Origin: a virus
Taxonomy: Duplodnaviria > Caudoviricetes
Length of the DNA stretch: 49,322 nt
IMG/VR virus record: IMGVR_UViG_3300016476_000832
Location: 1 to 49,322 of that record
Strand: one strand, 5' to 3'
The translations under genes were made by a program, and so were the position numbers. A model generated the notes under the pieces. It did no database searches. It saw only the letters and a list, made by a program, of their open reading frames with translations, and was not told the DNA's origin. Below are positions 17,389 to 27,351 of this stretch, in pieces (the stretch's first letter is position 1; the number at the start of each line of letters is the position of its first letter).

Positions 17389-17931
17389 TTAAAACGGAGC
17401 GTCACCAGTCTGTGCGACAGGCGATGCTGGAGCTGGAGCCGGAGCTGGGGCTGGGGCAGGTGCCGGAGCCGGAGCTGCAACAACAGGAGCTGAAGGAGCA
17501 GAAGCGATTCGAGCAGCTGAAGATGCGTAGTAGTTCTTGATCTCGTTGCCAGGCTTGCCCTGGTAGCTGCGAATTGCGACCTTACCCCTAAAGGTACGTC
17601 CAAGAAGAGCCTGCTCGATCTGTGCAGGAGACGGGTTAGCCAACCAGTACTCCTTACCAAGACCGATAGCTGCGCCCTTAGCAAAGAAGATGTTCATAGC
17701 GGTCTCGTTCTCCGGAGAGACGACCCACTGGTCCCATACACGACGCTTGTCGTGTGGGCCACCCTGGACCTCATTAGTTAGCTTGAACATCAACTTTCCA
17801 GTAGATGCGGTAGTGGCCGTAGCCTCAATTACCTTAAACTCGTAGTCGCCCTCTGGGAGCGGCTCGTAGTTAGTTTTTGCAGCTGCATCTCCAGCCTTCT
17901 GGACTAGTGCTGCGAAATTGACCGTAGTCAT
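17389..17931 (-). CDS. DUF669-type ssDNA-binding protein
   Basis: YEPLPEGDYEFKV...GKLM OB-fold pattern; (AP)n tail ending DAPF; adjacent to the AAA recombinase. Confidence 0.82.
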   Translation of the reverse strand: MTTVNFAALVQKAGDAAAKTNYEPLPEGDYEFKVIEATATTASTGKLMFKLTNEVQGGPHDKRRVWDQWVVSPENETAMNIFFAKGAAIGLGKEYWLANPSPAQIEQALLGRTFRGKVAIRSYQGKPGNEIKNYYASSAARIASAPSAPVVAAPAPAPAPAPAPAPAPASPVAQTGDAPF

Positions 17932-17933
17932 AG

Positions 17934-18704
17934 TTATCCTGCTTTCTTAGTTGTTGTGTCCGTCTTCTTTTCGCCGAAGACCATGTCCAGCATGCGTTCA
18001 ACCCCAAGGTCTTGCTGCTGTACTACCTTACCTAGACGTCCTTGTACGCGCTCGCCAGCCTCATACTCTGGAGTTCGCTCAACATACATTTTGCGAACCT
18101 TGTATGGGGGCTGTAGTGGATCTGGATTAGGCTCCGTTTCCACAGTGATAGCTCCAAGAATGTCATAGAAATATGGGGCCTGAATCGCTAGCTGGCCTTG
18201 TAGGTAAGGACGGTATACGCCATCCTGTCCCTTACGTGCCATAGCGGTCAGTACTACAGCCTCGAGAGGCTGAGTTGGGTGCATCGTAAGGTCGCGGAGG
18301 TCACGAAGTAGTGCGCCCATGTGGCGAAGAAGTTCGCCCCACTGCTGCATCTTCATTTGCTCTGTACCTGCGATGTTGTCCATGCACTTGACCTGAAGCT
18401 CCGAAATGGAGTCAATGATCAAGGACTTGAACTGGTGCTTTCCTGACTGAAGCCACTGGAAGGCCTTCATAACAACCTCATAGTCATTTACCTTGACTAC
18501 AACGGTGTCCCAAGTGCCATCTGCTAGTGGTGGTTCTTCGGTCAGGGGGTCCCAGTACTTAATGTTGATTGGTAGGAATCGGTGCCCACCCTCAACATCG
18601 AGCATTAGGCGTGGGTATGGTGCCGTTACTGCAAAGCTGGACTTACCAACCTTAGATTCGCCATAAACCATAATTGTTAAACTGCGATCTACTGCACTAG
18701 ACAT
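17934..18704 (-). CDS. AAA_24 / Sak4-like ATPase recombinase
   Basis: YGESKVGKS Walker A, LDVEGG, IIDSISE. Confidence 0.88.
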   Translation of the reverse strand: MSSAVDRSLTIMVYGESKVGKSSFAVTAPYPRLMLDVEGGHRFLPINIKYWDPLTEEPPLADGTWDTVVVKVNDYEVVMKAFQWLQSGKHQFKSLIIDSISELQVKCMDNIAGTEQMKMQQWGELLRHMGALLRDLRDLTMHPTQPLEAVVLTAMARKGQDGVYRPYLQGQLAIQAPYFYDILGAITVETEPNPDPLQPPYKVRKMYVERTPEYEAGERVQGRLGKVVQQQDLGVERMLDMVFGEKKTDTTTKKAG

Positions 18705-19636
18705 TACTCACTTCCCTTCTCTTTTTCTATTCCGTAGTATCCGTAAGGGTCGGCGACCACAAACGCATCACTAATTGCTGCTTCAGCTGCCGAACCATCG
18801 TCAACCAGCGGACAAATAGCGAAGAATTGGCATTTCCACTTGCAGTCCCTTGTGGGGCGTGGATATGCATGCTTATAGTGACTCTCTCCGGCATCCAAAG
18901 CGTCTCTAACTCGCAGGATGTCATCTAGAGTCCCCTCCAACCGCTCATAGAAAGAGCGGAGAGTAAACCTATTGTGTCTAACTTCGATTTGATCATAGAA
19001 CGGTGGCTTAGCATACGCACCACGCTTGACCTTGCGAAGCATTGTAAAGATCGCCCCATCCGAGCGCTCACCCTCCTGGTTTTGAGCCTCCTCAAGAACC
19101 ATATAAGTCAATACCTGCTCGTTCATGTGAGATATGGACCCAAAGTCAGCAAATGAGCCACCGACAGTCTTAAAGTCACGGAACATACGAGCACCGTCAA
19201 TCTTTCGGCGGACACGCATGTCAATCTTTCCCTGAAGAATTACTCGGCCGTCCATCATCGGACGTTCGATAACCTCTTCAGTAGAGATCTTTTCCAGCTC
19301 AGCGTCAATACCATTGAGCTCAACCCACTCTAGATACCCCTCGAGCATTACCCTACCGAGTTCGGCTTCCGTCTCGAGAGTAGATGTGTCACGAAAAGCA
19401 TCGTTCATCTTTTTCATATCTTCTTTGACTAGCTCAGCGTGAGCCTCTAGAAGATCTTGACCGGTCGAATAATACCGATCCAAAGCCTCGTGGATTCTAG
19501 ATCCTAGAGCCAATGCCCCAGTAAAGTCCTCAATCTTTGGCCGTAACCGTCGATAGTACGTAAACCACCACCGCCTGCGGCAGTCTTTAAATGTTTGAAT
19601 TTCTGAGTTAGAAATTCTTACCGGTTCAGTCGTCAT
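18704..19636 (-). CDS. PD-(D/E)XK Cas4/RecB-like exonuclease
   Basis: SNSEI..F..C.RRW, GSRIHEAL, GKID, DFKT, Q...Y, CKWKC......C. Confidence 0.9.
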   Translation of the reverse strand: MTTEPVRISNSEIQTFKDCRRRWWFTYYRRLRPKIEDFTGALALGSRIHEALDRYYSTGQDLLEAHAELVKEDMKKMNDAFRDTSTLETEAELGRVMLEGYLEWVELNGIDAELEKISTEEVIERPMMDGRVILQGKIDMRVRRKIDGARMFRDFKTVGGSFADFGSISHMNEQVLTYMVLEEAQNQEGERSDGAIFTMLRKVKRGAYAKPPFYDQIEVRHNRFTLRSFYERLEGTLDDILRVRDALDAGESHYKHAYPRPTRDCKWKCQFFAICPLVDDGSAAEAAISDAFVVADPYGYYGIEKEKGSE

Positions 19637-21462
19637 TACTTGTCCTTTAGCAGCTTTAGAAGCTGTTCTTTGTCTTTAACTATTTGTTGGAAATTGTAGT
19701 CTTTGGCACCTAAAGTGTCAATAACCTTTTCTTCCATGGTTCCCTCAGTCACATAGTCGGTGATGATGATTGAATCGTGAATCTCGGAACCAATTCTGTG
19801 AACGCGGTCCAAGGCCTGCTTGTAGTCGACCAGTGACCACGGTCTTTGGAGCATAACAAGGCGTCTTGCTGCTGTCAAAGTGACACCCACACCACCAGCC
19901 TGGGCGGTGAATAGGATCCACTTAGTTCTACCAGTCTGGAAATCATCGATAGCCTGCTGACGCTCAAACTCATTCTGAGCACCAGTTATGAGGCCATGCT
20001 TAATTCCCGCTTTAGTCATGTGTGCGCTAAGAAGCTCAATAAGCTGCCTAGACACAGCACAGACAGCAACCGAGTCATCACCAAAGTCGCCGTTACCAAT
20101 ATCATCCATCAGAGCATCGACCTTACAGGACGGGTCTGACAAAAACATCTTTTCGCCATTTTCGGTGTACTCAATTTGACCGTATGCACTGGCAAACTGA
20201 ATAAGTCTTCCCATTTGAACCATAGGATTGGTGGCCACTACTAGATCACCAGAGTAGTCACCCTCTTGCATTTCTGCAGCTTCCAGGGCATCTGCAGGTG
20301 TGGACTCAAGCATTGCCATCATATTGTCTAGCATTTGCTTGTACGCCTTCTCTTGCTTAGCTCCCATCTCGACATCTCGTCGATCATTGATGACCTCCGG
20401 GAGCCATGGAAGAACCTTTGCCTTAAGCATTCTTCTCATGCGTGGATTGATTCCAGCAAAAAATTCTGATTCCATAGCTGGCTTTAACCCGAGCACCATG
20501 AGAGCTCCGAATGCATTTGGAAAAGTATTTATATACCGATCAATCCACTTGGTTTTGCTTGGCCACTCCCTCTCATCAAGCCAGTGGAGGATTGGCCAAA
20601 GATCTACAACATCGTTAGCTATGGGAGTTCCAGTAAGTGCAAATCTAATTTCAGCCTTACCAGAAGCTGACCATAGCGCTCTAGTCTGCTTTGATTTAGG
20701 GTCTTTTGATCGATGTATCTCGTCTGCAATAACAGCCTTAAACGGAATGTTATTCAGCTCTCGGTTATGAACTTCGCATCTCGCAGGAGTTATCTTCGAG
20801 TCGTGACCACCGCATTCAGTGCAGTGAGCCAATGCAATAGATCCATAAGAAACCAGACGAGAGTGGCTTCTTAGTGACTCCCAGTTGATTACGTACACCT
20901 GAGCCTCGTGGTCGAAAGCTTTGCGCCTCTGAGTTGCAGATCCCTTGATTACTTGTACATCAACCCCAGGCCACCACTTATCGAACTCACGCTCCCAGTT
21001 TGTTTTTAGAGTGTTCGGGCATACAACTAGAGCAGGGAAAACTTCTTCTCCGTTGTCTTTTAACTTTTTGAGAGCTCTAATTGCCTGAGCAGTTTTACCG
21101 AGACCGGGTTCGTCAGCTAAAAGGCCCCTCTTACTTTTTGCTAGCCACTCAACACCGGCACGCTGATGCGGGAACAGATCCTGGTCGCCACCATCCATTG
21201 CCTCTACTTCCCTTAAAAAGTTGGAAGGATCAATTCTGGAAGACTTCTCATTGGTGGCCCATTCTGCTAACTTTGGGCCGATCTCTAACTGTTGACCAAA
21301 AGTAGATCTAAGCGACAAACATCCAGTCCACGAGACGGGGATACGCCAGACGTTTCTATCAGAGTCCCATCTGGACCCAGGAAGAGCCCTACAAACCTCT
21401 TTTAGACGCCATTCAGCGTTGATGATTATGTGGTTATCTTCTAGTTCTACAAAAACGCCCAA
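19636..21462 (-). CDS. SNF2-family DNA helicase
   Basis: LADEPGLGKT, DEIH, LTGTP, QALDRVHRIG. Likely TTG start at 21462, 5 nt after GGAGG. Confidence 0.93.
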   Translation of the reverse strand: MGVFVELEDNHIIINAEWRLKEVCRALPGSRWDSDRNVWRIPVSWTGCLSLRSTFGQQLEIGPKLAEWATNEKSSRIDPSNFLREVEAMDGGDQDLFPHQRAGVEWLAKSKRGLLADEPGLGKTAQAIRALKKLKDNGEEVFPALVVCPNTLKTNWEREFDKWWPGVDVQVIKGSATQRRKAFDHEAQVYVINWESLRSHSRLVSYGSIALAHCTECGGHDSKITPARCEVHNRELNNIPFKAVIADEIHRSKDPKSKQTRALWSASGKAEIRFALTGTPIANDVVDLWPILHWLDEREWPSKTKWIDRYINTFPNAFGALMVLGLKPAMESEFFAGINPRMRRMLKAKVLPWLPEVINDRRDVEMGAKQEKAYKQMLDNMMAMLESTPADALEAAEMQEGDYSGDLVVATNPMVQMGRLIQFASAYGQIEYTENGEKMFLSDPSCKVDALMDDIGNGDFGDDSVAVCAVSRQLIELLSAHMTKAGIKHGLITGAQNEFERQQAIDDFQTGRTKWILFTAQAGGVGVTLTAARRLVMLQRPWSLVDYKQALDRVHRIGSEIHDSIIITDYVTEGTMEEKVIDTLGAKDYNFQQIVKDKEQLLKLLKDK

Positions 21463-21535
21463 GAGGGCCTCCAATCGTCACTAAAACTATATTATCAGAA
21501 AAAAATGATGCTTGCAACTATTTTTTTGATAATAA

Positions 21536-22003
21536 CTAGTTGTCAAGCAATCTTACTGGTTTCCAGCCTAGTTTTATACACCTTAGTAGGGCGTGTCGGA
21601 TAGCATCTAGAGCGTGTCCGCCTCCACCTACATGCCAATACTCTAGTTTTTTAAGCTTTTTATTGTCAAACATAGTCATTGCATCAGCGGGAGCTTGAAA
21701 GAAAATGTCATCCATTGGACGCCCATTATCTTTTAAGCACTGCTTTACTATCCCAATAACTTCCAGCGAATACGGGGCTTGCGAGTTTCTAACTGTTTGG
21801 GCGTTAATTATGAATCGTTCACAGACTACATCCACAAAAAGCCTTTTGTCAGGGGCCCATAAAACGCTCCGTACGGCCTCGGCCACCTGATCCTGTTCTA
21901 GCTCCTTAGACCACTCTAAAACTGGCTCAGAAGGCGATTCTAGGCTGATTAGGGCCATTCCAGTGACCTTTCCAGGGTCAATAGCTAGAACATATTTAGG
22001 CAT
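21536..22003 (-). CDS. RuvC-like Holliday junction resolvase
   Basis: LAIDPGKVTG, VVCE, HALDA motifs. Confidence 0.85.
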   Translation of the reverse strand: MPKYVLAIDPGKVTGMALISLESPSEPVLEWSKELEQDQVAEAVRSVLWAPDKRLFVDVVCERFIINAQTVRNSQAPYSLEVIGIVKQCLKDNGRPMDDIFFQAPADAMTMFDNKKLKKLEYWHVGGGGHALDAIRHALLRCIKLGWKPVRLLDN

Positions 22004-23816
22004 ACTTAGCGCCCCAGTTTTCTAGGGGGCCATCTACATCCGCCGTTAGGGGGACAGCCCAGCCGTCGCTAGTAGTCATACACTTCCTTACTAGTTGCTT
22101 TATTTCCTCGGCATCATTTCTTGGAGCATTTAGCACAATTTCATCATGTACGGGGACAATTAGCAAATCCGTGAGATCCTGCTGATCGAGCTTTACAAGG
22201 TTTGCCTTAAATACTTCGGCTGCTCCGCCCTGAATTAGGTAGTTGACTAGCGTGTATACACGGTCTTCATCACACGGAAGCCTTCTACCGGTCCAGGTGT
22301 TTACATACCCCTGCCCCTCAGTCTCTAACCTCATGAGACCCTTCTGCTCTACAGCTTTTTGGAATCGCTGCATGCCAGGATAACTCTCGTCAAAAGCATT
22401 AGATACTGCACGCATTTGCTCTTCAGGAACACCAGCAGTAAGGGCCTGCTTGGCAACACCTGCACCATACAAACGACCGTACACAACTCCCTTAATTAGA
22501 GCACGGCGCTTGTCTGATTTTTGCATGCCCGGATCCTGATAAACCTCGCGTCCAATCTCAGTGAAAGGGTCTGAACCAGTAGCATCAGCTCTTCGGAAAA
22601 GTTGAATCAAGTTTGGGTCTTGAGATAGTGATGCAAACATACGGAACTCAACCTGATCGAGGTCAGAGGTCACAATTACGTGGTCGTCATCCTTAGGCAA
22701 GAACGCACGGCGGACAGTGTCATCGCCCTTAGGGAGAGTCTGTAGCGCAGGGTTCTGGATTGACATACGACCAGTACGAGCCCCCATCGTATTGATAGAT
22801 GGGTGAACAAATCCGTTTATGTTGTCATTTATAAAGTTAAAGAAATAGGTGTTCGCAATTTTTAATGCTTGTCTATACCCGAGAGTAGCATTAGCCAATT
22901 CTTTTGCCTCTGCATTTCCATCTCGAGCAATCATCTTTAGCTGATCAGCATTTGCAGACTTTTGGCCTTTTTCGGTACGTTCGGTAATTTCAACTTCTAA
23001 TTTTTCGAATTGGGCAACAAGTTGCTGATTGCTTCCAACACTGATCCCGTAACTGCTCTGAGCCCACGACGCAACATTCTCGGTATATCTAATTAGCTCC
23101 TCGTATTTTTTTCTGGAGTAATTCAGATCCAGTCTTGCCCCATTCATTTCCATCTTTGTGGCAATTCTTCTAGCATTCATCTCTAGCTCATACGCATAAC
23201 TGTATGGCTTACCTGGAGCACACTTATCCCAAAAGCGCTCAAAAAGTTTCATAGTCAAAACAGGGTCCAGAGCACCATATGACCAGTAAGGCTCGAACTT
23301 AATTGGTACGGTACCCCAAGTCCAACCATTGTCCAACAGACTGTTATCAAGAACTGACTGCAAGGCAGCTGCTCTAGGGTCAACAAAAGATTCGGTCAAG
23401 ACCTTCAATGCACCAGACCCCAGTGGGTCAATGATCTTCGACATAATCATCGTGTCATGTGCCCGGTGCCAAGGCATTTTCCATGAAGAGTGGAGTTCTA
23501 GCCATCTAGATTCAAAAGCAATATTGTGACAGACAATAGGCCCATCGAATCGGCTCATTGCGTCATAAAAGACGCCCTTCCAATCATCCCAGGGGATGGA
23601 CCAACCCTGCCTAGAGTCTCCGACCTGGATTAAACGCAATCTTCCATGCCAAGGAGATAGAGCATGATTTTTTGGGTTTCCAGGTAGTTCGCCAGTTTCT
23701 GTATCGATTGCTATTGCGTTAAGTGGTCTACGCTCGCCCAGCCAAGAAATAAACTCGCTGGCTTTCTCTACCGAGTCAACTAGGTGGAGTTGAACTCCGT
23801 CTAGCTCTTGTGTCAT
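21996..23816 (-). CDS. polA: DNA polymerase I (family A) with 3'-5' exonuclease domain
   Basis: AIDTET, HN..FE, TGRMS..NP.LQ, DLDQVEFR, K...YG..YG, NYLIQG.AA, VHDE. Confidence 0.96.
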   Translation of the reverse strand: MTQELDGVQLHLVDSVEKASEFISWLGERRPLNAIAIDTETGELPGNPKNHALSPWHGRLRLIQVGDSRQGWSIPWDDWKGVFYDAMSRFDGPIVCHNIAFESRWLELHSSWKMPWHRAHDTMIMSKIIDPLGSGALKVLTESFVDPRAAALQSVLDNSLLDNGWTWGTVPIKFEPYWSYGALDPVLTMKLFERFWDKCAPGKPYSYAYELEMNARRIATKMEMNGARLDLNYSRKKYEELIRYTENVASWAQSSYGISVGSNQQLVAQFEKLEVEITERTEKGQKSANADQLKMIARDGNAEAKELANATLGYRQALKIANTYFFNFINDNINGFVHPSINTMGARTGRMSIQNPALQTLPKGDDTVRRAFLPKDDDHVIVTSDLDQVEFRMFASLSQDPNLIQLFRRADATGSDPFTEIGREVYQDPGMQKSDKRRALIKGVVYGRLYGAGVAKQALTAGVPEEQMRAVSNAFDESYPGMQRFQKAVEQKGLMRLETEGQGYVNTWTGRRLPCDEDRVYTLVNYLIQGGAAEVFKANLVKLDQQDLTDLLIVPVHDEIVLNAPRNDAEEIKQLVRKCMTTSDGWAVPLTADVDGPLENWGAKYA

Positions 23817-23842
23817 TTAATGTCTCTCCATCGGTGGTCAGA

Positions 23843-24304
23843 TTACGGAGTATACACACTCGCAATCTTTTTGTCCACCCTAGCAGCTTTTTCTAGTAAA
23901 CGCTGCGCCACGCTGGTTAAGTAGTAAACGCTGTTTTTCTCATCGTATTTATATAGAGACTGGACAACAGCATCTGGATCGTCTGTAACTAGCGCCCAGT
24001 GTCTATATTTCTCTGGAAAAATCAATCCCAAGCTAGCATCGGGCTGACACTCTTCGCAGGGGGTCGAACTACCATGCAGCGTAAGAGCATTCGCTTCAGT
24101 TAGCTTGTATTTCGAGACTATCTGACATGCAGCACCGTGGAAAATTAAAGATACGCCAGTTCTAGATAATATGTAGGATCCAGTCTCGGTTTTATATAGT
24201 TCAAACTCTATCCAACGATAAGCGTCCCTACGCTCCGATGTGGACTTAGCGAGTAGGGTGCCATTGAATTGAAGAGTCCTATCCCCGTCTTTTACTGAAA
24301 ACAT
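23843..24304 (-). CDS. hypothetical protein
   Basis: 153-aa ORF with H...C and CxxC; TAATG-coupled. Confidence 0.72.
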   Translation of the reverse strand: MFSVKDGDRTLQFNGTLLAKSTSERRDAYRWIEFELYKTETGSYILSRTGVSLIFHGAACQIVSKYKLTEANALTLHGSSTPCEECQPDASLGLIFPEKYRHWALVTDDPDAVVQSLYKYDEKNSVYYLTSVAQRLLEKAARVDKKIASVYTP

Positions 24305-24468
24305 TAGCTATTCTCTTTTTTAGCTACCTTCTCAAGCTCATCGACTCTTCTTTGGAGCTCCGATATGATGGCTTCTAGTTCGGTATTTAGGACCACTGCT
24401 GAAACAAGCTTCTGTCTAGTAACTTGAAGTAGTGTCTCTAGGTCTACGGTCATTCTGTCGTCATTCAT
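24304..24468 (-). CDS. small coiled-coil protein (54 aa, not in ORF track)
   Basis: MNDDRMTVDLETLLQ...ELEKVAKKENS. ATGA overlap upstream and TAATG overlap downstream. Confidence 0.75.
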   Translation of the reverse strand: MNDDRMTVDLETLLQVTRQKLVSAVVLNTELEAIISELQRRVDELEKVAKKENS

Positions 24469-27350
24469 AGGTTTTCTACCTTAGCTTTTAGTTCTGCTAT
24501 TTCTTCCTTTAGTCGCTTTACTATAGGAATTAGCATTACACCTATTCTAGTGTAATCTAGTCCTTCTACAAGATTAGGATCCTGAGAGCTATAAGCTACA
24601 AGAACATCTAGGCCAGCTTCAGCCACCTCTTCCGCGATTAGACCTACCTCTAACTTACCTAGCGGCATAGAGTCGCCATCTTCTTCTGACATACCGTAAG
24701 CCGCAGGATTTGCCTGGTAGGTCACTGCTCTGAGATCCAAAATCTTATCCATGGGATCAGAGTAGTCATTGATATTTGTCTTGTAGCGTCTACTAGATCG
24801 GTTTACCCACGAAACCGCGGATCCATTGCTCAGAATCCAAAGCTGGGTAGTTCCAGCCGAAGCAGCTGAAGTATCAAAATATGCTATAACAGTTCCAGCA
24901 GATGTGATGTAGTTTATTTGGCCATTTGCACCAGCTCTTCGTATAACCGATGTTCTAAACTGCTGACCCTCGGTAACGACTAATCCGGCGTCAGCCGTAA
25001 CTAACCCAGCTGAGGTCAGACCGCCTCCACCAGTAACCTTGACAGCACCATTGGCCTCAAGATCCATTCCACCGTTGTAAGCAAAAACTCCAGATATTCC
25101 AGTACCAAAATACATGGTAGCTGCTCGTCCGGCCTCTCCGGCAGTCACCCTACCACTGAGAGCGCCATTACCGTCAAAAAAGTTAGCATTGCTGCCGGAT
25201 ATCTCAACTCTACGAGTGCCGGAGGTTATCAAAGTTCCACCGGACACCGTTGTACCGGTGATGGTTCCTCCGGATATACGATCACCGCTAAAAGTTCCAG
25301 TGGTGATTGCGCTGGCACTTAAATTTTGTACAGTTACGTTATTGCCGTTTAGAGTTCCAAATGTAATGTTGCTAGCATTTAAATTAGTTACCGAGATAAC
25401 GTTTGCATTAATCGTGCCAGAAGTTATGTTACTAGCGTTTAAATTAGTTACCCCTATAACGCTTGCATTAATCGTGCCAGAAGTTATGTTATTAGCATTA
25501 ATGTTTTGGACCGAAATTAGGCTACCGTTGATTGTGGTATTGGTTATACCAGCGCCGATAGTTACAGCACCATTAGATGTCTGCATCTTAAAAGTCTCGG
25601 CTCCAGTGCTTTTATTTACTGCCCGCAAGAAGTTAGCATTTAGCTCGATTTGGAAAGGGCTAGTGTTAGATGTAGCGACTATTGTTTCGCCTTCTAAAAT
25701 TTTTGCCGAGATGGCACCAGCCTTGATGGCAGCCCCATCAACCTGAGAAATTCTTCCGATCGTCTGCCCGGATCCGGTTGTCCTATTTCCAGAGGCATCC
25801 ACAGCCACAAACTTAAAGTAATAGTCGGTCTCGTAGGCCATGTTCTGAAGGGTGCCTAGGCCATTTCTAAACTGATAGACAGAGCTATAGTTGTCAGTAC
25901 TTGCAGTCATAGACGCAACTCTGGTGCTTAAGCTAGGAGTAAAGTTATTTGTCGTACTGACGTGAGTTTCAATCAGTCGAATAGATGGATGTGGGATTAC
26001 TCCTGTATTGTCTAAGCCATTCCACCTAGCGGTAACCACTCCCAGGTCAGACTCTAGAATCGGTGCACTAGGGGGATTTAAAACTGAAGCATATGATCCG
26101 CTAACAGCACTAAAATCTACGGCAGTAGATCTATTTAAGCTACTGTCCACAGCATATACTTTGAAATATACCGTTCTAGCTGGATCTAGGTTGGTGGCAG
26201 TGTACTTTTCCTCGCCTACAATTACACCACTCTTAATCCACTCAGAGCCATTTGTGTATGAGTACCAGACCTCATATCCAGCTAAATCAGTAAGTGGATC
26301 GCCATCAGAGTCTTGTGTCGGGGCTTCCCAAGATAGGGTTATTCTAGCTCTTGGAGTTCCGGAAGAGTCAGCATAACTTCCTGACTCTGCTACAACAACC
26401 GCAACGTTCGCCACCGGATTAGGCGGCGTAGTGTCGGCACCAGCCCCCGTGCTAGTGGCAGTAAACTCTGTCCATCTAATTCCAGACCAGTAATAAGTTA
26501 CTTCAGATGCACCGCTAGTGTCTACCCAAGTATCTCCTACCGCACACCAACTTCTTGCCGTAGCAAAAACATAAACATCAGATGCAGTGGGGACTATTGT
26601 TCCGGTTGGTAGACCTACACCAGCAGGAATTTGCCAAGAAATAGTATTTGAAGTTACGGCCGAGATTCTAAATAAACCATCTACGCCATATGCAGTTGAT
26701 GCAACAGGATTAAATATCGCATCCTCATTAAGGTTGTTGTAGACTACATCGTCAACTTTAAATCTGTGGGTGGTTGGAGTAGTTATGGTTACAGTAGTGC
26801 CAGTTACTTCATAAGATTGAATTGCCGCTCTAGTTTCTAGGCGCAATCTTGTATTTAGACTAGTCGGTGCTAGAGTTTCGGGCACCACGGAATATGCGTA
26901 ACCAATCACCACTCCTGGAAGTTGATCCTGAGTAGGATTATGTTTGTAGCTTGCTCTTCCGGTCCAGGGAGATTCTTCAACTTCGACAACACTAAAGTTA
27001 GTGTTGCTTACATCTATGATGGAGCTGGCACTACCATGAATGCCGCTTATCTCGATTCTTTCGTCAACACTACGATTTAGCGACCCCTGAGTGTAAATTT
27101 CTACTAAATCATTGTCTTTTCCAGTCAGCTTTTTTGGATAGTAGTATGCATCGTGAACAACGTTATAGGTATTGGGGGCGTCATCTCCAATAAAAAATCT
27201 ATCCTCCACCTGAGTAACAGGAGTAGTCACGGCAGCATTAACTTGCTCTGTAGTTAGAAGACTAATTGGACGAAGCTCGACACTTTTTAGTCGAGTCTCC
27301 ATGCTAGTTAGCGTGGTAGTTAGCTTTCTGCGTCTACGTCTAATACCCAT
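24465..27350 (-). CDS. tail spike/central fibre with FN3 domains, beta-helix repeats and C-terminal peptidase S74 chaperone
   Basis: FN3-like (ITLSWEAP...LAGYEVW...VYAVD); NASNITSGT repeats; SSRRYKTNI...GLIAEEV...LDY and terminal coiled coil. Confidence 0.88.
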   Translation of the reverse strand: MGIRRRRRKLTTTLTSMETRLKSVELRPISLLTTEQVNAAVTTPVTQVEDRFFIGDDAPNTYNVVHDAYYYPKKLTGKDNDLVEIYTQGSLNRSVDERIEISGIHGSASSIIDVSNTNFSVVEVEESPWTGRASYKHNPTQDQLPGVVIGYAYSVVPETLAPTSLNTRLRLETRAAIQSYEVTGTTVTITTPTTHRFKVDDVVYNNLNEDAIFNPVASTAYGVDGLFRISAVTSNTISWQIPAGVGLPTGTIVPTASDVYVFATARSWCAVGDTWVDTSGASEVTYYWSGIRWTEFTATSTGAGADTTPPNPVANVAVVVAESGSYADSSGTPRARITLSWEAPTQDSDGDPLTDLAGYEVWYSYTNGSEWIKSGVIVGEEKYTATNLDPARTVYFKVYAVDSSLNRSTAVDFSAVSGSYASVLNPPSAPILESDLGVVTARWNGLDNTGVIPHPSIRLIETHVSTTNNFTPSLSTRVASMTASTDNYSSVYQFRNGLGTLQNMAYETDYYFKFVAVDASGNRTTGSGQTIGRISQVDGAAIKAGAISAKILEGETIVATSNTSPFQIELNANFLRAVNKSTGAETFKMQTSNGAVTIGAGITNTTINGSLISVQNINANNITSGTINASVIGVTNLNASNITSGTINANVISVTNLNASNITFGTLNGNNVTVQNLSASAITTGTFSGDRISGGTITGTTVSGGTLITSGTRRVEISGSNANFFDGNGALSGRVTAGEAGRAATMYFGTGISGVFAYNGGMDLEANGAVKVTGGGGLTSAGLVTADAGLVVTEGQQFRTSVIRRAGANGQINYITSAGTVIAYFDTSAASAGTTQLWILSNGSAVSWVNRSSRRYKTNINDYSDPMDKILDLRAVTYQANPAAYGMSEEDGDSMPLGKLEVGLIAEEVAEAGLDVLVAYSSQDPNLVEGLDYTRIGVMLIPIVKRLKEEIAELKAKVENL
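25365..25500 (-). repeat. 60-bp tandem repeat (20-aa beta-helix unit)
   Basis: TTGCATTAATCGTGCCAGAAGTTATGTT and AAATTAGTTACC each recur with a 60-nt period. Confidence 0.8.
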
Positions 27351-27351
27351 G

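Noticed and set aside
18704-19636. Cas4-like gene as part of a CRISPR-Cas system
   Set aside because: It is a standalone phage recombination exonuclease in a replication cluster, with no cas1/cas2 or array.
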